Counted from the first letter of the stretch, positions 31,149 through 41,804 are shown. The stretch: DNA of 64,000 nucleotides from Fibrobacteria bacterium (GCA_043732185.1 JAYTHY010000046.1:124876-188875), one strand, 5' to 3'. The notes: generated by a model not told the origin, from the sequence alone. Made by a program: numbers and translations.

Positions 31149-32936
31149 ATGGAAAAAATTGGAATTGTCGATTTTGGTGGGCAATATACCCATTTGATTG
31201 CCCGGCGCATTCGTCAGTTGGGCGTCTATTCGGAAGTCATTCACCCGCAGACCGAATCTGGGGATTTAAAAGAACTGGTGGGCCTGATTTTTTCCGGAGG
31301 CCCTTCTTCCGTTTATGATCCAGAAGCCCCATCTTGCAGTCCGGCCTTGTTGGATTCCGGCTTGCCGATTCTCGGCTTGTGTTATGGGCATCAACTCATC
31401 AGCCATAAATTAGGCGGGGCTGTCAAGCCCGGTAAAGTCCACGAATTCGGCCGGGCGGAATTCCATCCGGAGATTTCCCATCCCCTATTTGCAGGCCTCT
31501 CCGCCGTTTCCACAGTTTGGATGAGTCATGGTGATGAGGTGGTCAAATTGCCACCAGGATTTCGAAGCATAGGCAATACCAGTGATTGTGAAATGGCAGC
31601 CGTGGCCAATGATGTCAAGCGCATTTACGGAGTTCAATTTCACCCTGAGGTGACCCATTCCATTGAAGGATTGGACATCTTTAAAAACTTCCTCAAGATT
31701 TGCGGATGTCGGTTTACCTGGAAAGTGGCGGACTATATGGCTGCCCTGGAAGGCAAGCTACTGCGCCAATGCGAAGGTCGGAAAGTATTTTTGCTCGTAA
31801 GTGGCGGCGTCGATTCTACCGTTGCCTTTGCTTTGCTCAATCGTATTCTGGGGCCCGACCGTGTACTCGGCCTGCATATTGACAATGGTCTGATGCGGAA
31901 AAACGAAAGCGCCGATGTTCTGGAATTCATGCACAAGGAAGGCTTTCACAATCTGAAAGTGCGCGATGCAACCGAGGACTTTCTTAAGGCCCTTTCCGGC
32001 CTGCATGCCCCGGAAGCCAAACGGAAAGCCATCGGCGATATGTTCCTGGAAGTTAAGGATAAGGCCTTGGCGGATCTGCAGCTTGATCCAAATGCTTGGC
32101 TGTTGGCCCAAGGCACAATTTATCCAGATACCATTGAGAGCGGCGGAACGCAGCATGCTTCAGTGATCAAAACCCACCACAATCGGGTGGGTGCCATCAT
32201 GGAATTATTGGCCAAGGGACTTGTGGTGGAGCCGTTGGCCGATTTGTACAAAGATGAAGTACGCGAGTTGGGTTTGTTACTCGGCATTCCACCTAAACTC
32301 ATTTGGCGGCATCCTTTTCCAGGACCTGGATTGGGCGTGCGGCTCTTGTGCAGCACCGAATCCGGCAGCCATGTCCAATCCGATATCGTTACCAAGGTAC
32401 ACAGCGCCTTATCCATTGAAGGGCTCGAAGGAGAGGTGCTGCCGGTAGAAAGCGTTGGCGTACAAGGCGATGCCCGTACGTATGCGCATCCCATCCTGCT
32501 GCGCGGCCCTAAGGACTGGGAGTTGTGCGATCGCATCTCGACTCTTTTAACCAATCGTATCCGTGAGGTCAATCGAGTGGTTTTGGAAATTGGGGCGATG
32601 CCGGGCGGGGCCTACGTGCCTGTGGCGGCTGAATGCGACGCCTCTCGCCTGCATTTTTTACGCGAAGCGGATTCCATTTGTACCGATTTTTTAATGGAGT
32701 CGAATCTATACTCCTCAGTATGGCAAATGCCAGTGGTACTGCTACCGCTTACCTGGTGCGACAAGCCCGTGATTGTCATTCGTCCCGTTGTCTCTTCCGA
32801 AGCCATGACGGCTACTTTTGCATCGCTTCCCTTTCCGGAACTTGAAAAACTTTGGCATCGCCTAGCACAGGCAGGCGTTGGTGCGCTTCTGTACGACGTG
32901 ACGCATAAACCCCCGGGAACCATAGAGTGGGAATGA
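31149..32936 (+). CDS. guaA: GMP synthase (glutamine-hydrolysing)
   Basis: DFGGQYTHLI, GLCYGHQ, QFHPEV, SGGVDS, IKTHHN, RHPFPGPGL, KPPGTIEWE. Confidence 0.97.
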   Translation: MEKIGIVDFGGQYTHLIARRIRQLGVYSEVIHPQTESGDLKELVGLIFSGGPSSVYDPEAPSCSPALLDSGLPILGLCYGHQLISHKLGGAVKPGKVHEFGRAEFHPEISHPLFAGLSAVSTVWMSHGDEVVKLPPGFRSIGNTSDCEMAAVANDVKRIYGVQFHPEVTHSIEGLDIFKNFLKICGCRFTWKVADYMAALEGKLLRQCEGRKVFLLVSGGVDSTVAFALLNRILGPDRVLGLHIDNGLMRKNESADVLEFMHKEGFHNLKVRDATEDFLKALSGLHAPEAKRKAIGDMFLEVKDKALADLQLDPNAWLLAQGTIYPDTIESGGTQHASVIKTHHNRVGAIMELLAKGLVVEPLADLYKDEVRELGLLLGIPPKLIWRHPFPGPGLGVRLLCSTESGSHVQSDIVTKVHSALSIEGLEGEVLPVESVGVQGDARTYAHPILLRGPKDWELCDRISTLLTNRIREVNRVVLEIGAMPGGAYVPVAAECDASRLHFLREADSICTDFLMESNLYSSVWQMPVVLLPLTWCDKPVIVIRPVVSSEAMTATFASLPFPELEKLWHRLAQAGVGALLYDVTHKPPGTIEWE

Positions 32937-34048
32937 GCGGGGTCGCCAGGCCCAGGGAAAAAGCAATTTTGGTAGGCGTCGCCACCAATAGTGTTTCGGC
33001 AAAAACCGTCAAAGAGCATCTTGCCGAATTGGGCCGGTTGGCGGAAACGGCCGGAGCCGACGTGGTCGATAGCACTTTGCAGCGCAGGGAAAAACTGGAT
33101 CCGTCCACCTTGATTGGAGCCGGTAAGGTGCAAGAAATCGCCGAAATGGTGGAACGCCATAACGCCGATCTCGTTATTTTCGATGAAGATTTGAATGGCT
33201 CCCAGGTCAAAAATCTGGAAGCCACCATCACTGCAAAAATTCTTGATCGCAGCGGAATCATTCTGGACATCTTTGCCAAACACGCCAAAACGGCGGAAGC
33301 CAAGGTGCAAGTAGAAGTGGCTCAGTTGGAATACATGTTACCCAGACTGACCAAGGCCTGGACGCATTTGTCCCGGCAGGCGGGCGGGGTGGGTATCGGC
33401 ATGCGCGGTCCCGGTGAAACCCAGCTTGAAGTGGATCGCCGCCTAGTGCGAAAACGCATTGCCGACCTAAACCAGAAACTCAAAAAAATGCAGGGCATCC
33501 GTGCTGCACAGCATTCCCGTCGTATCCCAACATTCCACATCGCCACTGTGGGCTATACCAATGCTGGCAAGTCCACACTCATGAACGCATTGACCAAAGC
33601 CGGAGTGGAATCGGCGGATAAACTATTCGCCACATTGGACCCAACGACTCGCAAGATCTGGTTGGGTAATCAGAAATCGGCCGTGCTTTCCGATACCGTA
33701 GGTTTTATACGCAAACTCCCCGTTGGCCTGGTGTCCTCTTTCAAAAGCACATTAAGTGTTGTCGCTCAAGCAACGCTCATTCTCCACTTGGTCGATGCCA
33801 GCGCTGAGGACTTTGAAGACCAGATGGAAATCACCGCGGGCATTCTTTCCGAATTATGCCCGGAAGAGACCAACCGATTTATCGTCTTCAATAAAATCGA
33901 TTTGCTGTCGCTGGAACGCTTACAATTCCTGGAATTGCACAATCCTCAGGCTATCTTCATTTCCGCGGAAACCAAGATTGGACTGGACCCCTTGCGGAGC
34001 CGCATCTGCGAGTACTACGATCAAATTCAATTCAACGGTGCGCCTTGA
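32933..34048 (+). CDS. hflX: GTPase HflX
   Basis: RGPGETQLEVDRR, GYTNAGKST, FATLDPT, DTVGFI, NKID; ATGA overlap with guaA. Confidence 0.96.
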   Translation: MSGVARPREKAILVGVATNSVSAKTVKEHLAELGRLAETAGADVVDSTLQRREKLDPSTLIGAGKVQEIAEMVERHNADLVIFDEDLNGSQVKNLEATITAKILDRSGIILDIFAKHAKTAEAKVQVEVAQLEYMLPRLTKAWTHLSRQAGGVGIGMRGPGETQLEVDRRLVRKRIADLNQKLKKMQGIRAAQHSRRIPTFHIATVGYTNAGKSTLMNALTKAGVESADKLFATLDPTTRKIWLGNQKSAVLSDTVGFIRKLPVGLVSSFKSTLSVVAQATLILHLVDASAEDFEDQMEITAGILSELCPEETNRFIVFNKIDLLSLERLQFLELHNPQAIFISAETKIGLDPLRSRICEYYDQIQFNGAP

Positions 34049-34049
34049 A

Positions 34050-34931
34050 ATGGAATTGAATTCCATCCTCAACCCCACATTCCTTTCCAGTCTCAAGGGA
34101 TTGGCGCTTAAAGCAAAAATGGTATTGGAAGGAACGATGGCAGGCCGTCATCTTTCGCCGTATCATGGCTTCTCATCCGAATTCTCCCAGTACAAAGGGT
34201 ATGTTCCCGGTGACGATATCAAGGCACTGGACTGGAAAGTGTTCGGCAGAAACGATCAACTGGTAACGCGACAATATCAGGATGAAACCAATACCGCAGT
34301 CTATCTGGTGCTCGACAGTTCCCACTCTATGGGCTACGCGTCTCCGGGCGGCACTGCTAAGCTTGAGTACGCGGTGGTGCTCGCCGCCGCCTTGGCGCTG
34401 ATGGCTTTTGGCCAGAGGGACAGCATTTCCGTAGCGCATGGAGCCGGAGAACCCACGGGCTTTCTTCCGCCGCGCAACAACGCTGCCCATCTCAGACAAG
34501 CACTGCAAATCTTAGAATCCCTTAAACCGTCCGGAGTGACGGATTTAAAGGCTTTGTTTGGACGGGTGGCGGCACGACTAAAGGCCGGTAGCATGACTTT
34601 TCTTTTTACGGACTTGTGGCAGGAGCCGGAAACCATCATTACCGGCCTCAAGGAAGTTCGTTTTAAGAATCAGAGCGCCACACTGGTACAAATACTGACT
34701 CCCGAGGAAATGAATTTTTTGGAAGGGAACAATTTGGAATTGGTGGACATGGAAACCGAGTCCTCGCTAAAAGTATCGGCACGGCATCTTAAGCCTCAGT
34801 ACTTGACTATGCTTGCGCAGCATACGGAAACCCTGCGGGCAGAATGTTTCAATCTCAATGTCAAATTTGTGCGCGTAGACACCGGCACAGCCTACTTCCA
34901 AGCCATGCGCCAAATTCTGCTTCGGACCTAA
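34050..34931 (+). CDS. DUF58 domain protein
   Basis: GRHLSPYHGFSSEFSQYKGYVPGDD, DWKVFGR, LDSSHSM, TDL; start trimmed to ATG 34050. Confidence 0.9.
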   Translation: MELNSILNPTFLSSLKGLALKAKMVLEGTMAGRHLSPYHGFSSEFSQYKGYVPGDDIKALDWKVFGRNDQLVTRQYQDETNTAVYLVLDSSHSMGYASPGGTAKLEYAVVLAAALALMAFGQRDSISVAHGAGEPTGFLPPRNNAAHLRQALQILESLKPSGVTDLKALFGRVAARLKAGSMTFLFTDLWQEPETIITGLKEVRFKNQSATLVQILTPEEMNFLEGNNLELVDMETESSLKVSARHLKPQYLTMLAQHTETLRAECFNLNVKFVRVDTGTAYFQAMRQILLRT

Positions 34932-34934
34932 AAT

Positions 34935-37040
34935 ATGTTTTCCCTGCTCAGCCCCTTCAGTCTGTGGTTGGGCGCCGCTTTAGCAGTACCGCTGGCCATT
35001 CATTTTTTGGGCCGCCAACGATTGCGCAAACAGCCTTTTCCCAGCTTACTTTTGGTCCGCGACCTATTTGCCAAATCCATGCATCGGCACCGACTGAAAA
35101 ATTTCTTGCTCTTGTTGATCAGGACCTTGCTGTTACTCTGCCTGTTGTTCGCCCTCTCCAATCCCGTTCTCAACTCTATCAAGGTATCTACTTCACATCC
35201 CGATCACTCAGCGGCTCTCATTCATAACGGTATCTATGGCAGGCTTTCAGTAGAACATGGGAAAAACGCGTTAGAAGCGCAGCGTTCGCGCTTACGTTCC
35301 TACGATTCTACGGAAGGAACGCATTCTGTTGTCTGTCCACTGATAGAGGATGGGCCAGGGATGTGGACGATTTCCGATCGCTTTGGAAACTATCGAGACG
35401 GCCTATCCCGGCTGATGACGACCTTGGGTGCCAATGCCGGCACGGTTCAAATCCACATTCCCGTATTCTCCTGGAGCGAACTTTTTCCTGCCACACCTGT
35501 TTTGATACGGGCGCTTAAGGAAAATCCCGGACTGCAACTTGTCTTGACAGATTATGAAAATGCCGGGGCCCGGGTTCATGCATTCATGGGCATACAAGCC
35601 ACACCAGCTTCCGATGGACCCATCATGAAAATCATTTCCAGCATCAATGTAAACGTGCCAAGGGACAAGCTGGGTAAATTGCAAGTCTTTTTAAACGGCA
35701 GGATTTTTCAGGAGTCCACTCCAGACGGGAGTCGCATCGAGGTTACCATACCCTTAAGTGACGGTCCCCAAACCACCGGAAAGCTTTCCTTGCCCCAATT
35801 CGGTTTTGCAAACCCGGATTATTTTTTCTGTTTTCCCAATTCCGGGACCTGGAAAATGGCACATACAGGGAGTGTACTGACCTCACTACCTAGCCTAGGA
35901 AAGGAAACCTATTTTCGAAGGATTGAACATGTAGCCAGCCTCAAGGATATTCCTTGGACTGAAGGGCTGGGTCCGCAGGGAAAGGAAACAAGCGCCAATC
36001 TGAAAGTGGTCTATTTGGCCAATGACCGAAATAGGGATCCTCAAGGTTATGCGAAGGTCGTGGAGTTTGTGAAAAAGGGAGGTAGGCTCATCATCGGCGT
36101 GGGCCAGGAAACCGACATTCCCATGCTCAACCGGTTTTTATTGCAACCGCTGCGATTGGGCCGCCTGGGTAATCTAGTCGAGTCCCCTACCAGCTCACCT
36201 GTTTCCGTCAATCGAATGGGCTTAGCCAAGTTGGGAGGATTGCCGAAGGATCTCGGTGGTTTGGGCAGTGTGCATAAGCGGTTTGCTTTCCTTCCGGATT
36301 CAGGGACGGAACTCTTATTATCCCAAATGGATCCCGCATCCGCTCAGAATGCAGAAGCCCCAACGACCCCTTCCCGACAGGCCGGCGCGGTACTCGTAGC
36401 CGGAGATTTCCATCGTGGCAAAGTTTTACTTTGGACTACCGATATCGACGATCTCAATTGGTGCGATCTCGGCGTCCGCCCAATCACGCCACTGCTCCAT
36501 CAGGCCCTGCAGGAAACGGGATCGGAAGGGCAAGCCCAAAACCATTCCATCCCTGCCGATTCCATTTTGGTTTTAAACGTGGATGAAATCGCCATGGTTG
36601 CCAATCACCAATCTGTTTCAGAGGCCCCTACTTCTAGGGAAATCCTTGATCCAGACGGCATGATTTTTTCGAAAGTACGCGTTGTAGGTCCACGACTTTA
36701 TTTGGGACCCTTCGATCACCTGGGTATTTATAAAATTATTCAAGATCGAGACACTACGGAATTTGCGGTAAACCTGGCAGCTAATTCTGGAGGTGTCAGT
36801 CAAATGGGACAAGCATCCGGTTCGGATTGGGAGCACGAAAACGAACAGGCCAAGGCAACCTGGCTTGCAGAGTTCAAGGATTTTCCGGGCCGTCTCATAG
36901 TACAATCCAGCAGGACTCCAGTGACCGGCTTGGCTTCAGTTATGACGCTTTGGCCAAAGCTGTTCCTGGCGGCAATATTATTACTTTTTCTGGAAGGGAT
37001 TATTGCTTTGGCTTTCTCCCTTAAGGCAGCAAAAATATGA
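34935..37040 (+). CDS. BatA N-terminal domain protein (membrane anchored, probable GATase-like middle region)
   Basis: AVPLAIHFL...PFPSLLLV...LLLLIRTL; FVKKGGRLII; C-terminal LW...LLFLE TM helix. Confidence 0.8.
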   Translation: MFSLLSPFSLWLGAALAVPLAIHFLGRQRLRKQPFPSLLLVRDLFAKSMHRHRLKNFLLLLIRTLLLLCLLFALSNPVLNSIKVSTSHPDHSAALIHNGIYGRLSVEHGKNALEAQRSRLRSYDSTEGTHSVVCPLIEDGPGMWTISDRFGNYRDGLSRLMTTLGANAGTVQIHIPVFSWSELFPATPVLIRALKENPGLQLVLTDYENAGARVHAFMGIQATPASDGPIMKIISSINVNVPRDKLGKLQVFLNGRIFQESTPDGSRIEVTIPLSDGPQTTGKLSLPQFGFANPDYFFCFPNSGTWKMAHTGSVLTSLPSLGKETYFRRIEHVASLKDIPWTEGLGPQGKETSANLKVVYLANDRNRDPQGYAKVVEFVKKGGRLIIGVGQETDIPMLNRFLLQPLRLGRLGNLVESPTSSPVSVNRMGLAKLGGLPKDLGGLGSVHKRFAFLPDSGTELLLSQMDPASAQNAEAPTTPSRQAGAVLVAGDFHRGKVLLWTTDIDDLNWCDLGVRPITPLLHQALQETGSEGQAQNHSIPADSILVLNVDEIAMVANHQSVSEAPTSREILDPDGMIFSKVRVVGPRLYLGPFDHLGIYKIIQDRDTTEFAVNLAANSGGVSQMGQASGSDWEHENEQAKATWLAEFKDFPGRLIVQSSRTPVTGLASVMTLWPKLFLAAILLLFLEGIIALAFSLKAAKI

Positions 37041-37978
37041 CAATCCTCGGTACCACCAGACTCATAGGCCTGATAGGAGATCCTGTCTCCCATTCACTGT
37101 CACCGGCCATGCACAATCCAGCCTTTGAACACAATGGGATCGATTTTGCCTATGTGCCGCTGCGAGTGCGCCACGCAGATCTAAAGTCTGCTGTAGAGGC
37201 GCTTAGAATCTTCAACTTTCGCGGTGCCAATGTCACCCTACCCCATAAAGAAGCGGTCATTCCCTTTCTGGATGAGCTTTCAGATATTTCCCGTTTGATG
37301 GGCGTCGTGAATACGATAGTGAATGACAATGGCCGCCTGTTAGGCACGACCACGGATCCACATGGCTTCCTGGAAGGCTTTCGAATGGCCGGTCACAGCT
37401 TCGAGGGAAAATCAGTAGCTATTTTTGGCAATGGAGGTTCGGCGCGCAGCATCGTATTTGCATTGCTGACCATGGACAAACCTTCGCGCGTGGTCTTGGT
37501 CGGGCGCGATGTCGCCAAGGCCAAAAAATTGGCGTTGGAAATTACTGCTACGCTGGCCAATCAAATTCAAGCTCCCTTCGCACCCATTCTGGAATTTGCA
37601 GCTTTGAGCGAGTATGCTGCCTTAAGCCCCAACATTCAAATCATCGTCAATGCAACGCCGCTTGGTATGCATCCAAATATTGGGTCCAGCCCATTGCAGG
37701 CCGGGGATTTTCATACTGGCCAGATTGTCTATGATATCGTGTATGTCCCCGAACAAACCTGCCTCATTCAATTGGCGCAGGATTTTGGCCTTAAAACCGT
37801 GGGAGGACTGGGAATGCTGGTCCACCAAGGCCTAGCCTCTTTCGAAGTCTGGACAGGCACGACTCCTGATGTTACCCAGTTCTTTGCTTCTGCTCGAGAG
37901 CAGTTGGAAAGAAGTGGTCGTCCAGATGATCACAAACCCACGCCGATATCCGGCCTCGATACACTCAAAAATTTCTGA
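37037..37978 (+). CDS. aroE: Shikimate dehydrogenase
   Basis: GDPVSHSLSPAMHN, GANVTLPHK, VNT, NATPLGM, GLGMLVHQG. Confidence 0.95.
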   Translation: MTILGTTRLIGLIGDPVSHSLSPAMHNPAFEHNGIDFAYVPLRVRHADLKSAVEALRIFNFRGANVTLPHKEAVIPFLDELSDISRLMGVVNTIVNDNGRLLGTTTDPHGFLEGFRMAGHSFEGKSVAIFGNGGSARSIVFALLTMDKPSRVVLVGRDVAKAKKLALEITATLANQIQAPFAPILEFAALSEYAALSPNIQIIVNATPLGMHPNIGSSPLQAGDFHTGQIVYDIVYVPEQTCLIQLAQDFGLKTVGGLGMLVHQGLASFEVWTGTTPDVTQFFASAREQLERSGRPDDHKPTPISGLDTLKNF

Positions 37979-37989
37979 GCCAAACCACC

Positions 37990-39627
37990 ATGTCCTTGCC
38001 CCTCACACGTAATATTTATTTCACAGGTTTCATGGCATCCGGAAAAAGTCGCATAGGCTTTTTAACAGCGGCATCCCTTGGCTGGAAATTTTTTGATCTA
38101 GATAAGGTCATTGAGGAAAAAACTGGAAAGACCATACCCCAGATTTTCGCTGAATCGGGTGAAGAGGCTTTTAGGCGCATGGAAGTGGAAATATTGGAAG
38201 AGATCAGCCATCAAGGTCCATTGGTCGCGTCCTTGGGTGGCGGAACCTTGCTCAATCCATCCGCCATCGAAATCATTCGCAGGACCGGCGTTCTGATTGG
38301 ATTGTCCGCAAGCCCTGAAGTGATTTTGGAACGGGTCAACCGGAAAAAAGATTCTCGGCCCTTATTGGCAAATTTGGATGATGAATCCAAAATGCAAAAG
38401 ATCAAGCAATTGCTGGTTGATCGCAAGCCCTTATACGATCTCGCAGAATTCCATTTCGAGTCTGATGAAAACATCCCCCATCACATATTGACGCGCCGTA
38501 TCATCCATCGACTCCAAATCGAGGAACTCAAACCCTTGATTGTAAACCTCAAGGAACGCAGCTACCCAATTTTTGTCGAAACCAACTTGGCTGAACATAT
38601 CGATAGCATTGCCGACAAATCGGGATGTGCACACCGTTTTTTAATTGTCACGGACCTCAATCTACGGGCCGAACAAAAACACATGTTGGAACAATTGCGT
38701 TCGGCGCTCGGCGACTGTCGCACCTTCTTTTTCAAGCCAGGAGAGGAAGAAAAAAATCTCAAGTCCCTAAACAAGCTTTTCACTTTCATGCTTCGTCACG
38801 CTTTACCACGCAAAACCACTTTGGTGGCTTTTGGAGGCGGGGTTGTAGGCGACATGGTGGGATTTGCTGCCGCCATTTATTTGCGCGGAATTGATTTTCT
38901 GCAAGTGCCAACCACGCTGCTCTCCATGGTAGACAGCAGCGTCGGCGGTAAAACCGGAGTCAATCACCCCTTTGGAAAGAACTTGATCGGCGCATTTTAT
39001 CAACCGAAGGCGGTTATAATCAGCTTATCTGCTTTGGAAACATTGCCTCGTCAGGAATTTTTAGCCGGACTCGCCGAGGTGGTAAAATACGGAGTTATCG
39101 CAGACCGAGACTTCTTTGACTTTTTGGACAAAAATAGCGAAGGCATACTAAATAAGGAACCCGCACTTATCCGGGAAGTGGTACTTCGCTCATGTGCCAT
39201 AAAGGCTTCCGTGGTTGGCAAAGACGAACGCGAAACCGAAGATGGCGGGCGTGCCAATTTGAATTATGGTCATACTTTCGGGCATGCATTTGAAGTTCTG
39301 GCCGGCTATGGAAATTTGCCGCATGGATTAGCCGTGGCCTTGGGTATGCGCGTAGCCGCCCGCCTGGCAGTTCAGATTGGAATGTTGGATCCCGTAGCAG
39401 AATTGGAACAGCGTAACGTTCTGGACAAACTGCAATTGCCAAAATTGTTTCCGATACCATTGAACCCTGCCCAGGCATGGGATGCCATGGGATTGGATAA
39501 GAAAGTCGACGACGGTAATCGGGTCTACATCCTTCCCTCTCGCATCGGAGCAGTACAATCCGTTCGGGATGTGGATAAGGAACAGGTTCTCCTCGCCTTG
39601 ATGGTTGTGCAGGAACCGAAGGCATGA
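37990..39627 (+). CDS. aroKB: Bifunctional shikimate kinase / 3-dehydroquinate synthase (AroK-AroB fusion)
   Basis: N-terminal GFMASGKS...GEEAFR...GGG...RPLL; C-terminal GGGVVGD, PTTLLSMVDSSVGGKT, KNLIGAF, LNYGHTFGH. Confidence 0.95.
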   Translation: MSLPLTRNIYFTGFMASGKSRIGFLTAASLGWKFFDLDKVIEEKTGKTIPQIFAESGEEAFRRMEVEILEEISHQGPLVASLGGGTLLNPSAIEIIRRTGVLIGLSASPEVILERVNRKKDSRPLLANLDDESKMQKIKQLLVDRKPLYDLAEFHFESDENIPHHILTRRIIHRLQIEELKPLIVNLKERSYPIFVETNLAEHIDSIADKSGCAHRFLIVTDLNLRAEQKHMLEQLRSALGDCRTFFFKPGEEEKNLKSLNKLFTFMLRHALPRKTTLVAFGGGVVGDMVGFAAAIYLRGIDFLQVPTTLLSMVDSSVGGKTGVNHPFGKNLIGAFYQPKAVIISLSALETLPRQEFLAGLAEVVKYGVIADRDFFDFLDKNSEGILNKEPALIREVVLRSCAIKASVVGKDERETEDGGRANLNYGHTFGHAFEVLAGYGNLPHGLAVALGMRVAARLAVQIGMLDPVAELEQRNVLDKLQLPKLFPIPLNPAQAWDAMGLDKKVDDGNRVYILPSRIGAVQSVRDVDKEQVLLALMVVQEPKA

Positions 39628-40598
39628 CCATTTTTATAACCGGTGGCACGTGCTTCCTGGGTTATCATCTGCTCAGCCTGCTTTCCCACGGCAAAGACAA
39701 GCTTGTCTCCTATTCCGCCGAGGATCACGAATCCCATAAAACTTTACAAGACGTGACCTATCTCACCGGTGACCTGCTGGACTTCAAAAGCTTAGTGCAA
39801 GTTCTTGGCGAACATCGACCAACCGAAATTTACCACATGGTTTCTCAGGGCTTCTCCCTGGGTACGTCCCAGCTCAAGCCCAATGCCATTTTGCAACTGT
39901 TGATTCTCGGTACGCAGAATCTGTTCGAAGCCGTTCGGCTCACAGTACCCAAAGCACGCGTGCTTTTGGTCAGCTCCTCGGAAATTTATGGCGCAGGTCG
40001 TGGTGTGGTGGATATTATCCACCGTGAAACCGACCCTCCCATTCCCTTCACACCTTACGCTACCGCATTGGCCGCCTGTGAATTACTGGCCAAACAATTT
40101 ATTGTCGCCCACAGCTTGGACATCGTCACCATTCGTCCTTTCAGCAGTACCGGACCCTTTCAGGAACGCAAATTCGTACTTCCTTCCGTTGCTGTGCAAA
40201 TCGCATCCATTGAAATGTACGATGGTGAAACTGCAATCTACACAGGTAACCTGGATGTTTCCCGTGATTATTTGGACGTGCGCGATCAGGCCCGCGCCAT
40301 TGCCATGCTCGCTAAACGAGCCAAAACTGGGGAAGTTTACAACGTCTGTTCCGGGAAGGCCCGCACCATTCGTGACTTGGTGAATTTCTTGATCAGTCTC
40401 AGTGGCTGTCCCATTGAAACCAGGATTGATCCGGCTCTGGAAAGAGCTATCGATATTCCCCTGCTGGTAGGCAGTCCGGAAAAAATAATGACGTTGACTG
40501 GGTGGAAGCCTCTCATATCGATCGAAGACAGCCTTAAAGATCTTTACTCCGACATCAAGAACCGGCTGCAAGCCAACTCCCCAGCCACTTTAACCTAG
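39624..40598 (+). CDS. Extended SDR, GDP-mannose dehydratase/Rmd-like, with degenerate catalytic motifs
   Basis: ITGGTCFLG, SSSEIYG, PYATAL, GNLDVSRDYLDVRD, GEVYNVCSG, TGWKP. Confidence 0.8.
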   Translation: MTIFITGGTCFLGYHLLSLLSHGKDKLVSYSAEDHESHKTLQDVTYLTGDLLDFKSLVQVLGEHRPTEIYHMVSQGFSLGTSQLKPNAILQLLILGTQNLFEAVRLTVPKARVLLVSSSEIYGAGRGVVDIIHRETDPPIPFTPYATALAACELLAKQFIVAHSLDIVTIRPFSSTGPFQERKFVLPSVAVQIASIEMYDGETAIYTGNLDVSRDYLDVRDQARAIAMLAKRAKTGEVYNVCSGKARTIRDLVNFLISLSGCPIETRIDPALERAIDIPLLVGSPEKIMTLTGWKPLISIEDSLKDLYSDIKNRLQANSPATLT

Positions 40599-40612
40599 GG
40601 GTACCTGAAAGC

Positions 40613-41764
40613 ATGTTTTCCTATTTTCTCTATCACTGGACCCATTACGCACTTTTCGACGATCGCTTGTTTCGCGCCGGAGCCGCGTCTCTCTTTGCCT
40701 CCTTACTCGTGTTTCTGGCCATGCCTCGTTATATCGCATTGCTCAATCGTCTAGATGCCACTTCTGATTTTGATCATGGTAAACGAAAGTCACCTCCCAT
40801 CATGGGCGGAATGTTGCTCGTCTTTGCCGTTCTTGCCGCCTCCCTCAGCTTCGCCAAGCCTAATGCCTACTCCATTTCAGCCCTGCTAATACTATTAGCC
40901 TATGCCACTATTGGCGGCATCGACGATGTAATCAAAATTCGTAATAAGAAATTGGTCGCAAAGGGCAAGCTTTCCAAAGCCGATTACCAACTCAAAGCGG
41001 ATGGCATTTCAGCACGCCTACGCCTTTTCCTTTATTTTCTTTTTTCCCTCATCGTCGCGATCTTTGCTTACAAATTCATTCCCGGCCTTTCCGGTCACCT
41101 TACCATGCCTTTCGTTAAGCCCGAAATTTGGCTGCCTTATCTTCCGCGCTGGGCTTTCGTAATCCTCATTTGTCTCATCACTACCTCCAGCGCCAATGGC
41201 GCAAATTTTACGGACGGCCTGGACTCTCTGGTTTCCATTCCAATTATAACGACATCCCTATTCGCCGGAATCGTAGCCTATATTTCCGGAAACGCCATCT
41301 TGGCAAAATATTTTCTGATCCCTCACATTCCCGGTGGGGATGAGCTGTTCCCGATCTGCGCGTCCATTATTGGCGCAACTCTTGCCTACCTTTGGTACAA
41401 CAGCCCACCAGCTGAGATTTATATGGGGGATGCCGGATCCATCGGCTTTGGAGGAGTCATTGGAATGATGTTCGTGTTGCTAAAAATTGAGCTCTTCCTT
41501 CCCATTGTGGGAATCGTTTTCTTGGGCGAAGCCCTTTCGGTATTGATTCAAATCAGCGGATTCAAATTAACCCGTCATTTCAGCAAAGGGAAAACGGGTC
41601 AACGATTTTTTCTGCGCGCACCGCTACACCATCATTATCAAATAAAGTGGAAGGAAAAATTTGATTCTCAGCAAGCTTTGAATTCCAAAATCATTTGGCG
41701 TTTCCACTTGGTTTCCGTCCTGGCCTTGATTCTGAGTTGCCTGATCTTTTTTAAATTGCGGTAG
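40613..41764 (+). CDS. mraY: Phospho-N-acetylmuramoyl-pentapeptide transferase
   Basis: PIMGG, GGIDD, NGANFTDGLD, WYNSPPAEIYMGDAGS, EALSV..Q, APLHHHY. Confidence 0.9.
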   Translation: MFSYFLYHWTHYALFDDRLFRAGAASLFASLLVFLAMPRYIALLNRLDATSDFDHGKRKSPPIMGGMLLVFAVLAASLSFAKPNAYSISALLILLAYATIGGIDDVIKIRNKKLVAKGKLSKADYQLKADGISARLRLFLYFLFSLIVAIFAYKFIPGLSGHLTMPFVKPEIWLPYLPRWAFVILICLITTSSANGANFTDGLDSLVSIPIITTSLFAGIVAYISGNAILAKYFLIPHIPGGDELFPICASIIGATLAYLWYNSPPAEIYMGDAGSIGFGGVIGMMFVLLKIELFLPIVGIVFLGEALSVLIQISGFKLTRHFSKGKTGQRFFLRAPLHHHYQIKWKEKFDSQQALNSKIIWRFHLVSVLALILSCLIFFKLR

Positions 41765-41804
41765 CGCACAACCCATCCCCCCAATCCTGGAGTTTGTACT
41801 GTAC

